From Candidatus Woesearchaeota archaeon (GTDB lineage Archaea; Nanobdellota; Nanobdellia; Woesearchaeales; UBA9642), in assembly GCA_016928115.1 (NCBI GenBank), contig JAFGLI010000007.1, positions 12,364 through 76,363 on the forward strand: a stretch of DNA of 64,000 nt. The letters are read 5' to 3'. Every line of letters starts with the position of its first letter. The first letter of the stretch is position 1. Under the pieces are notes generated by a model that did no database searches, was not told the origin of the DNA, and saw nothing but the letters and a program-made list of their open reading frames with translations. A program made the position numbers and the translations under genes. This document shows, piece by piece, positions 56,892 to 64,000 of the stretch.

Positions 56892-57461
56892 ATGAAACTT
56901 ATTTTAGTCAGGCATGGGGAAACTGAAGGAAATGTTAGAGGTATTATGCAGGGACATTTGCCTGGAAAATTAACTAAAAAAGGAATAGAACAGGCTAAAA
57001 AACTGGCTTTAAGGTTAAAAGATGAGAAAATAAATGCTATTTACTCCAGTGATTTAAAAAGAGCCAGTGATACTGCTAAAGAAATAGCAGAATATCACAA
57101 AAATGTTCCTTTGAAGTTTGTTAAAGAATTAAGGGAAGGTGATATTGGCTCTTTTTCCGGGAAAAAAGCAGAAGAAATTAAGGGAAAACCTTACCCTGAT
57201 GATGCTGAAAATCTGAAAGATATGAGAAAAAGGGCTAAGATTTTTTTAGATAAAGTTTATGAAAAACACAAAAATCATACAATCTTACTCATCAGCCATG
57301 GAAGAATAAGTGAAGTTCTTATTACAATTATTTTAAACAAGCCTTTAAATTATCTGGAAGAATTAGGGCATCTTAAAAATACATCTGTAAATATATTTGA
57401 AATAAAAGAAGATAAAAAACACAAGGTTCATTTATTAAATTGTACTAAACATTTGGAATAA
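56892..57461 (+). CDS. histidine phosphatase superfamily (phosphoglycerate-mutase-like) protein
   Basis: LVRHGETEGN (RHG motif), LISHGR. Confidence 0.75.
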   Translation: MKLILVRHGETEGNVRGIMQGHLPGKLTKKGIEQAKKLALRLKDEKINAIYSSDLKRASDTAKEIAEYHKNVPLKFVKELREGDIGSFSGKKAEEIKGKPYPDDAENLKDMRKRAKIFLDKVYEKHKNHTILLISHGRISEVLITIILNKPLNYLEELGHLKNTSVNIFEIKEDKKHKVHLLNCTKHLE

Positions 57462-57546
57462 CATTAATAAAATCAAAAAATTTATATAGTATAAATAGTA
57501 CTATACTACATTAAACAACATAGAACTATAAAAAAACAAAGATAAA

Positions 57547-57786
57547 ATGGTAAAAGCCACTATTGAAATACCAAAAAGGGAAGATAGAATATTAAGAATT
57601 TTAAAAGCTACATATGGTTTTAAAACAAAGGAAGAAGCTGTTAATTTTATTATTAATGAATATGGTGAAAAAATAATAGAAAGAAAACTAAAATCTGAAT
57701 TTGTAAAGAAAATGAAGAAGATTGAAAAGGAACAAGGAATAGCTTTTAAAGATATTAATGATCTAAGAACTAAAATTGAAGGTTAA
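57547..57786 (+). CDS. putative antitoxin of RelE-type TA pair
   Basis: 79-aa gene overlapping the downstream RelE-like gene by 11 nt. Confidence 0.5.
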   Translation: MVKATIEIPKREDRILRILKATYGFKTKEEAVNFIINEYGEKIIERKLKSEFVKKMKKIEKEQGIAFKDINDLRTKIEG

Positions 57787-58060
57787 TAGGATGAATGGTT
57801 ACAAATATAAAATAAAACCAACCTTAAAAAGTATTCTCAAGAAATTAAAAAATAAAGACAAAAACAGATATGAACGAGTTCTAAATAAAATTGAAGAAAT
57901 AATTAACTCAGATCCAGAACATTATAAAAATTTAAGAAAACCTTTACAGCACTTAAAAAGAGTTCATATAGGCTCTTATGTTTTAGTTTTTCATTTTGAT
58001 AAGAAAAATAAATTAATTTCTTTTGAAAACCTTGAGCATCATGATGATGTTTATGATTAA
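57776..58060 (+). CDS. RelE/ParE-family toxin
   Basis: KPLQHLKRVHIGSYVLVFHFDKKNKLISFENLEHHDDVY matches the RelE/YoeB C-terminal consensus. Confidence 0.65.
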   Translation: MKVNRMNGYKYKIKPTLKSILKKLKNKDKNRYERVLNKIEEIINSDPEHYKNLRKPLQHLKRVHIGSYVLVFHFDKKNKLISFENLEHHDDVYD

Positions 58061-58183
58061 AAACAAATTGATTTATTATAAATTATTCATATAATTCCCT
58101 GATCTCAGCTTCAAATTCTTTTGATAATTTTTCAGGAACATATGCTTTAGATAAATCAAGAATCTGTTTTAATGAGGGAGCAT

Positions 58184-58885
58184 TTATTTTTTCTGCGTCG
58201 TCGCCTTCGGCGATTTTAGACACCCACGCAAACAATACTCGGAGTTAATAAGATGACCGCTGGCAAAGAAACCAGGAAGATAGAGGAAACTTCTAAGCCC
58301 ACAAACCCTACTAATTCCTTTATTATTTTCAGTGTGTTTTTCTACATAATTTTCAGTTAAAAAGATAAGATCAATTTTATCAATAAATAACTGCCTAAGG
58401 TGTATCAGATGTTCTTGAAAATACTGTCCTCTTCCAAAAGCCCTCTCTAAAACTTTTATTTGTTCAGAATTCAATTCTTTAAAAGGATTTGAAGTATTAA
58501 CTTTAAAACATCCATATTCATCATTAATTATTTCTAAGTTCAAAGCAGATAATTCAGTAGTTAATGTTGACTTATCATCAAGAATAGATTCAATATCTTC
58601 CTCTGAAGGAAGGTAATTATGATTATTTATTAATTGATTATATGCCTCTTCTATGTGCTTGAAAATAGGGTTTGTATGGCATCTTCCTAAATGAAGCATT
58701 GCTTTTTTCCCCTGAATTTTATCATAAAAACCATGATCTGCTGTATAAAAATATTCATCTATTAAAGTTTTATCATCTAGCCTATCTTTACTAATCTCAT
58801 CAGAATGCTGAATAGTTGGAATTTTAAATTTTGGGAATATCTCTTTTAAATCTCCCTGAATGTTTGTTATGTTTTTTAATGCCAT
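58184..58885 (-). CDS. hypothetical protein; the 3' 130 nt are anomalously GC-rich
   Basis: 233-aa ORF; no family recognised. Confidence 0.5.
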   Translation of the reverse strand: MALKNITNIQGDLKEIFPKFKIPTIQHSDEISKDRLDDKTLIDEYFYTADHGFYDKIQGKKAMLHLGRCHTNPIFKHIEEAYNQLINNHNYLPSEEDIESILDDKSTLTTELSALNLEIINDEYGCFKVNTSNPFKELNSEQIKVLERAFGRGQYFQEHLIHLRQLFIDKIDLIFLTENYVEKHTENNKGISRVCGLRSFLYLPGFFASGHLINSEYCLRGCLKSPKATTQKK

Positions 58886-58955
58886 AAGGAAAAAAGAATA
58901 GATATTCTTTTATAAATATTTTGTTTTTGTTGTTACTTTAGAATAGTTTTAATAA

Positions 58956-59723
58956 TTAATAAACCTTCATCAATTTTCTAAGGCCAGTACTAAAAATCAA
59001 AGAGAATATTATATATGCAGCAAGCCATCCGGGAGTCCATCCAAATAATCTAAATTTTCCAAAAGGAAGGACGGGGTCATGCGGGACACTTACTTGTTTT
59101 AATGGGCCGACATTATAATTCTCCACAACAGGATTATATTCTCCTTTTCCACTGCTGACGCTAATCTCCTTATCATATATATTGTCCCCGTAATCTATAA
59201 TAAGCATATAATCCCCTTCCTCTGCTTTAAGTTTCCATACTGCTTTGTTTTCGCTTATCTCCTGTGTTTGCCCATTGACGAAAACAAGCTGAGGAGTTGA
59301 ATTCATATAAACAGTTCCCACAGCAGTATCATCAAAATAAGCAATAACACTAAATTCTTTATTTGGCTCTAAAGGCATATAAGCCATATTTGCGTTCAGC
59401 CAGCTGAATATTATAATCAAAGGTATTAAAGTGTATAAAGTTGACTTAAAGGAATGCTTCATGTACTCCATATTTTTTGACATCATCTTTGCCTGCATGT
59501 CCAATGCCTTTTTAGGGTCTTTGCTCTGAAGCTTCCTTATCTCTTTATTGAAACTGTTCAGCTCTTTTTTCAGCTTTTTCATCTTCTCCTGGTCTGTTGA
59601 AAACTTATAAACCAGAGTTACAATTAAGGTTATGAAAAAAGAAACTATTATTATGGCTGTGAGATAAGAAAGATTAAGCAAAGGATTCATTACAGGATCC
59701 AGTAAATTTGAAAACATCTGCAT
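58956..59723 (-). CDS. DUF106/Oxa1-superfamily (archaeal YidC-like) membrane protein with inserted beta-rich domain, downstream of secY
   Basis: TM1, then coiled coil (KKLKKELNSFNKEIRKLQSKDPKKALDMQAKMM), then TM2, as in archaeal DUF106; an extra domain of about 100 aa precedes the final TM. Confidence 0.5.
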   Translation of the reverse strand: MQMFSNLLDPVMNPLLNLSYLTAIIIVSFFITLIVTLVYKFSTDQEKMKKLKKELNSFNKEIRKLQSKDPKKALDMQAKMMSKNMEYMKHSFKSTLYTLIPLIIIFSWLNANMAYMPLEPNKEFSVIAYFDDTAVGTVYMNSTPQLVFVNGQTQEISENKAVWKLKAEEGDYMLIIDYGDNIYDKEISVSSGKGEYNPVVENYNVGPLKQVSVPHDPVLPFGKFRLFGWTPGWLAAYIIFSLIFSTGLRKLMKVY

Positions 59724-59777
59724 TTTTATTTTTACCCCTTTATCTAACGAAATATAATCTGTTTATAAAATTAATGT

Positions 59778-61130
59778 TTAAGACTGCATGAACTTCCTCA
59801 TCATAGGGTTCATGTCCATCATGTGCTCTTTTGCAACTTCCTCATACAGCCTGTAAATAATCATAACTGTAAGCAGTATTCCTGTTCCCCTTGACAATGA
59901 CCCGGTTAAGTCTGCAAAAGCAGCCAAAAACCCTACTGCCAGCGAGCCCATTATTGTCAGAGGCCATATATACCTTGCAAGCAGCCTTTCCAGCACTCTT
60001 TTATCTCTCCTGAATCCAGGCATATGCAATCCTGAACTCATTATATTTTCTGCCTGGCTTGCAGGGTCTAAGCCGGAACTCTGCACCCAGAAGAAACCGA
60101 ATAAAAGGGCTCCTCCCATCATTATAAGCACATAGGCAGCAGACTGCCATGCCATTGTATATGTAACACTCCCTGTAATTAAAGCCCTTATTATATTATG
60201 GCCGTTAAGCCATGCTAAAGAAGATTCTGAAGCCTTGAATACTAATCTCGCAAAAAGCTGTATATTAGCCAATAAAGCAGCCACAAGTATAACAGGTATG
60301 TTGCTTGGGTACATAAAATTCAAAGGCCATCTTATTCCATGCCCTCTAATTCTTCCAAAGCCCAAAGGTATTTCAACCTTCATTGCCTGAACATAAACAG
60401 CCATTATAAACACTAAAACCGTAAAAACTAATGAAGATAAAAGTATCATTGCAGTGATAGTTTCTCCTGTTCCCAGAGACCTTATAAGCTCAGGTATTGC
60501 ACCTGCAAAAGCCTCGGGGTTCTGCTCAGGATGAACCCAGCTCAGTGCCCTTACAAAAATCTGCTGTGAAACACCTGCAGCAATAAACAAGCTTATTCCG
60601 GAGCCCAGGCCCCATTTTGACACTATTTCATCCATGAATAATATCATTATTCCTCCTAAAAATAACTGCAAAATAAGCAGAAGCTGCAGCTGAAAATATA
60701 ACGGAGTCCCCTGGAATGCCTGTGAGGGAGCCAATCCTCCCATAAAAACATAGATTGCTGCCTCAAGAAGCACAAAGAAAAGAGCCAGAAGCTTTTGTAT
60801 TCCCTGGAATCTTCTTTTTCCCTCGTGGGTATGCAAATCAAAATGAACCATCCCTGTCCCGTTTAATAATTGTAACACAATGGATGCTGTAACTATAGGT
60901 CCTATACCTAGGCTTATAATAGAGCCGAACTTTGCGCCCAGTATAATAGATAAATACTCAAACTGGGCCATTGCGTTCTGCCCCAGGCCGAATAAGGGTA
61001 TCATTCCTAAAATAAAGAAAACAACAAGGATTATGAGTGTCCATTTTATTTTTTCCTTAAAAGGCAGCCTTTTCTGGGTTGGCGCCTTGACTTCAGGAAA
61101 AATATTTATTAACTTGTCTATAAAATCCAT
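59778..61130 (-). CDS. secY: preprotein translocase subunit SecY
   Basis: 450 aa, 10 TM helices; follows uL15 in the conserved archaeal ribosomal operon. Confidence 0.9.
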   Translation of the reverse strand: MDFIDKLINIFPEVKAPTQKRLPFKEKIKWTLIILVVFFILGMIPLFGLGQNAMAQFEYLSIILGAKFGSIISLGIGPIVTASIVLQLLNGTGMVHFDLHTHEGKRRFQGIQKLLALFFVLLEAAIYVFMGGLAPSQAFQGTPLYFQLQLLLILQLFLGGIMILFMDEIVSKWGLGSGISLFIAAGVSQQIFVRALSWVHPEQNPEAFAGAIPELIRSLGTGETITAMILLSSLVFTVLVFIMAVYVQAMKVEIPLGFGRIRGHGIRWPLNFMYPSNIPVILVAALLANIQLFARLVFKASESSLAWLNGHNIIRALITGSVTYTMAWQSAAYVLIMMGGALLFGFFWVQSSGLDPASQAENIMSSGLHMPGFRRDKRVLERLLARYIWPLTIMGSLAVGFLAAFADLTGSLSRGTGILLTVMIIYRLYEEVAKEHMMDMNPMMRKFMQS

Positions 61131-61147
61131 TTTAGCCTATTGACTTA

Positions 61148-61819
61148 TTATTTTCGAGCCTGCTGCTCTTTTTTAATTTGCTGATTATTAATTTTATTAT
61201 TATTTTCAGAAAGCCCTTTATTTTCCTCTTTTTTATCTCCAACTATTTTCTTCTCTGTTTTTTCTTTTTTATCCTTGGTTTCTTTATCTTTTGCCTGCCC
61301 TGCATCCTGCTCAGGCATTTCTTCATTTATCTCTTTATCCTGTTCCTGCTTATCCTTCTTCTCTTTTTTAGGTTTCAGGATTACTACCTCGCCTCCTGCT
61401 TTTTTAACTTTTGAAACAGCTGAGGCTGAAGCATATAATGTTGTTATTTTCATCTTTTTCGTAATGTTTCCTGTGCCGAGAAGTTTGTTTTTCTTCATGT
61501 CCTTAAGGTCAAGTATATAAAAAGATTCTTTCTTTTTCATAATTCCTTTTTCAAGCAGTCGGTCAAATTTTCTCTCAATATCCAGGAGATTAATTGGCTT
61601 CTGTTTTATTTTGTTTTTAGTTTTAAATCCGTGCTTTCCTGGTTTTGGGTAATTATCGTACTTCCATATGCTGGGCTTATTCTGGTCTCCCCTCTTACCT
61701 GTTCCTGCATTTCCCCTTCCCCCGCGGTTTCCTGCTCCCCTTCTTTTTTTCATACTGCCGCCTCCGTGGGTCTTGGAGCCTCTGTATTTCCTTACTTTCT
61801 TTCTTTTTACGTTTGCCAT
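61148..61819 (-). CDS. rpl15: 50S ribosomal protein L15 (uL15) with Gly/Arg-rich N-region and charged C-extension
   Basis: RKYRGSKTHGGGSMKKRRGAGNRGGRGNAGTGKRG. Confidence 0.9.
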   Translation of the reverse strand: MANVKRKKVRKYRGSKTHGGGSMKKRRGAGNRGGRGNAGTGKRGDQNKPSIWKYDNYPKPGKHGFKTKNKIKQKPINLLDIERKFDRLLEKGIMKKKESFYILDLKDMKKNKLLGTGNITKKMKITTLYASASAVSKVKKAGGEVVILKPKKEKKDKQEQDKEINEEMPEQDAGQAKDKETKDKKEKTEKKIVGDKKEENKGLSENNNKINNQQIKKEQQARK

Positions 61820-61820
61820 A

Positions 61821-62321
61821 TTACAACATCCTTTTCAAAAGATTATTAATATCTCTGCCCCTGTATCCAAGAGCACCGCCCCTGCCAAAGGGCTTTTTTA
61901 TTCCTTTTTTCCTGAAACCTCCTTTAGGAGGGCTTAGCCTGAATGTTTTTTTATTGTCTTTTGCATCCTTTCTCATCTTAACAAGAAGGGCATAGGTTTC
62001 ATCATCAATCTCACCATAGGCAACATAATCCTTTACCTTGAAAATCATTCCCTTGTTTACAGGATTATTCTTAACCACAACGCAGTTATTTTTTTTATGA
62101 AGGTTGAGCATTCTAAGTGTTGATTTTTTGTCTTCTGTCAGATTAACCAGTCCTCTTACCAAAACAACAGCAATATTATCACTGGTTTCTTTCTTCAGTG
62201 CCTGTTTTTTAACAGCAGCTGTTTTTTGCGGTTTGTCTGTTTTATCGACTTTAGTGGCTGTCTTAGCAGATGGTTTTTTTACTATCTTTATTGCAATTTC
62301 CTTTTCTTCTTTTTCATTCAT
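61821..62321 (-). CDS. rpl30: 50S ribosomal protein L30 (uL30)
   Basis: VVLVRGLVNLTEDKKSTLRMLNLHKKNNCVVV. Confidence 0.85.
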   Translation of the reverse strand: MNEKEEKEIAIKIVKKPSAKTATKVDKTDKPQKTAAVKKQALKKETSDNIAVVLVRGLVNLTEDKKSTLRMLNLHKKNNCVVVKNNPVNKGMIFKVKDYVAYGEIDDETYALLVKMRKDAKDNKKTFRLSPPKGGFRKKGIKKPFGRGGALGYRGRDINNLLKRML

Positions 62322-63223
62322 TTTTCAGCTCCTGTTATCTTCCCTTCGGCTATTGCCAGATTTTCAATATCTTGTGGTTTTATCTTGGTTGATAGTAATT
62401 TTTTCAGTGCTTTCTCACATGCATATATCAGGTTAACCTTGTTTTTTGTCTGCCCCTCAGTATGCGACCATATATCTTTTATTCCTGCCATCCCGAGGAT
62501 TTTTGCACATTCCTTTTCAACAACCAAACCTGTTCCTTTTGGGGCAGGCATAAGCTTTATCCTTACAGAGCCTGACTTACCCTCGACTGCAAAAGGTATT
62601 GAATGCGGAGTTTTGCAGTTGCATTTCCATGAGCCGCATCCCCTGCTTATCTTGAATATATTTAATCTTGCTTTCCTGAAAGCCTTGTCCCTTGCAGGAA
62701 CTGTTTCCTTTGCCTTTCCGAATCCCAATCCAACATAGCCGTTTTTATTGCCCACAACAGCCATGCATGAGAACTTCAGCTTGTTGCCTTCCTGGGTCTT
62801 TTTCTGTGTTCTCCTGAATGAAATCCTTGCTCCTCCGCCGAATTTGCCTTTTACCTGGCCTGATGAGATTAAATCCTGCTCCAGTTCAGGCAATAAAAAA
62901 TCAACTATCTCAGGCTCAAGAACTGAAAATCCGTTGTCAAGTATATAATCAAGCTCTTTTATCTCCTGGTTTTTTACTTTTTTACCTATATCTGTCCTGG
63001 GCGACCATGCCTCAAGAAGCTGGTCTTTGTCTTCTTTTTTGCCTGAAACACGGGATTTTTTTCGCGACATTTTTTTATTTGCCTTTTTCATATCGTCAGT
63101 TTCTGCCATGGAACTTTCTTCATCTGTTTTATTTGGAATCGAAGATTTCTGAATATGCTCAGAAACTTTTGTTTCTGACATCTCATCCATGATTTTTCTT
63201 GTTTTTGCCTTTTTGTTTTTCAT
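62318..63223 (-). CDS. rps5: 30S ribosomal protein S5 (uS5) with long charged N-terminal extension
   Basis: FSCMAVVGNKNGYVGLGFGKAKETVPARDKAFRKA...GTGLVV. Confidence 0.9.
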   Translation of the reverse strand: MKNKKAKTRKIMDEMSETKVSEHIQKSSIPNKTDEESSMAETDDMKKANKKMSRKKSRVSGKKEDKDQLLEAWSPRTDIGKKVKNQEIKELDYILDNGFSVLEPEIVDFLLPELEQDLISSGQVKGKFGGGARISFRRTQKKTQEGNKLKFSCMAVVGNKNGYVGLGFGKAKETVPARDKAFRKARLNIFKISRGCGSWKCNCKTPHSIPFAVEGKSGSVRIKLMPAPKGTGLVVEKECAKILGMAGIKDIWSHTEGQTKNKVNLIYACEKALKKLLSTKIKPQDIENLAIAEGKITGAEK

Positions 63224-63225
63224 GA

Positions 63226-63774
63226 TTATTTACCTTCTATCTTTTTTATTATATCATCAAACTTTTTAGTAATGTTGTTATTTTTATAAGATGAAAACTG
63301 GGCAGTGCTCTTTTTATTTTTCATATAAGCAGTTATTGTCTCCCCTTTCAGATGCAGTTCATCAGGAAATTCTGTTTTCTCACCGTGAGGAACATCCAGC
63401 CCCTGGTCAATAATTCCTTTCAGTACAGCCTTGAACCTGAATGAAAAACTGTTCATCCCTATATCAAGGACGGCATTTTTTATGCCTTTTTCAATAATTT
63501 TACCTGCAATCATCCTGCCTGTAAGATAAGCAGCAGGAACATTCTTGAATGAGTATTCCCAGCCATATTTTTTTAGCCCTTTTGAGCTGAAACTCATTAT
63601 TGTCTTATCCCCGTCAGGATTATATTCAACAAGCTGTGCAAAAATATACTTGTTTGAAATTCTCACAACTAACCTTGGGCTTCTTTTCTTCAAAAGAGTC
63701 AGCCTTTTTTTGTAATTGGTCTTCTGCTCCCTTTTCCTTCTCTTCGGCACATTGTGCCTTGTATTTCTTGCCAT
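63226..63774 (-). CDS. rpl18: 50S ribosomal protein L18 (uL18/L5e)
   Basis: RLVVRISNKYIFAQLVEY...AAYLTGRMIAGK. Confidence 0.9.
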   Translation of the reverse strand: MARNTRHNVPKRRKREQKTNYKKRLTLLKKRSPRLVVRISNKYIFAQLVEYNPDGDKTIMSFSSKGLKKYGWEYSFKNVPAAYLTGRMIAGKIIEKGIKNAVLDIGMNSFSFRFKAVLKGIIDQGLDVPHGEKTEFPDELHLKGETITAYMKNKKSTAQFSSYKNNNITKKFDDIIKKIEGK

Positions 63775-63780
63775 TATATA

Positions 63781-64000
63781 TCACTTCTTGGATTTTCTGG
63801 ATTTTTTAGTTTGTTTAGCTTTAGCTATGAACATATCATGCTCATTAAGGTAAACTTTTATATGTCTCCTGCTTCTGAAAAAACCGCCTTTTATCTTGCA
63901 GATTATATTCCTGTATATCTCGTCCTTTATCAGTCCCTTTGACCTTAATTCCTTTAAAAATTTCCTTTGTATCCTTACAGCATCCACCCATTTCTGCTTT
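63781..64000 (-). CDS. rpl19e: 50S ribosomal protein L19e, C-terminal part (gene continues past window end)
   Basis: WMDAVRIQRKFLKELRSKG...KIKGGFFRSRRHIKVYLNE parallels the L19e C-terminus; the reading frame stays open to position 64000. Confidence 0.7.
   Translation of the reverse strand, partial: KQKWVDAVRIQRKFLKELRSKGLIKDEIYRNIICKIKGGFFRSRRHIKVYLNEHDMFIAKAKQTKKSRKSKK

Noticed and set aside
61178-63192. + strand ORFs across the ribosomal operon
   Set aside because: Antisense to highly conserved uL15/uL30/uS5; poly-F/L low complexity.

Overview
AT-rich (about 28-30% GC) archaeal chromosome segment, most consistent with a small-genome DPANN-type archaeon. Evidence for the assignment: archaeal r-proteins L14e/L34e at the 5' end and an L19e-uL18-uS5-uL30-uL15-SecY operon at the 3' end, PCNA, AglB/STT3 oligosaccharyltransferase, class-III-signal (type IV pilin-like) proteins, an intron-containing tRNA and a stand-alone 5S rRNA. 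The window is dominated by cell-surface biology. It holds two tandem pilin-like genes, a secreted Amidase_3-type murein amidase, four very large secreted PKD/CARDB-type surface proteins, and a roughly 28-kb N-glycosylation (agl-like) island. That island carries AglB, a Wzx-like flippase, GT2/GT4/GT-C glycosyltransferases, UDP-sugar dehydrogenase/epimerases, a methyltransferase, a NodB-like deacetylase, a kinase-fold protein, three alkaline-phosphatase-superfamily paralogs and an embedded sulfate-activation module (HIT-CysD-TauE-CysN) without an APS kinase. Interspersed are toxin-antitoxin modules: HEPN/MNT, two convergent PIN/RHH pairs and a RelE pair. The window also contains a thiol-redox export cluster (FKBP-DsbA-like fusion, DsbD/CcdA), an ArsR-IscS-IscU operon, TspO and a signal peptidase. 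Findings that stand out: a multi-hairpin element with 16-bp terminal inverted repeats next to the 5S gene, with a partially related fragment at 56.8 kb; tRNA-Trp(CCA) with a 53-nt intron followed by a 48-bp direct repeat of its 3' end and flank; a 44-bp duplication of the 5' end of a GT2 gene that creates a uORF; a NodB-like gene without a canonical start codon; and small RHH-like proteins carrying a CysD-like C-terminal tail motif.
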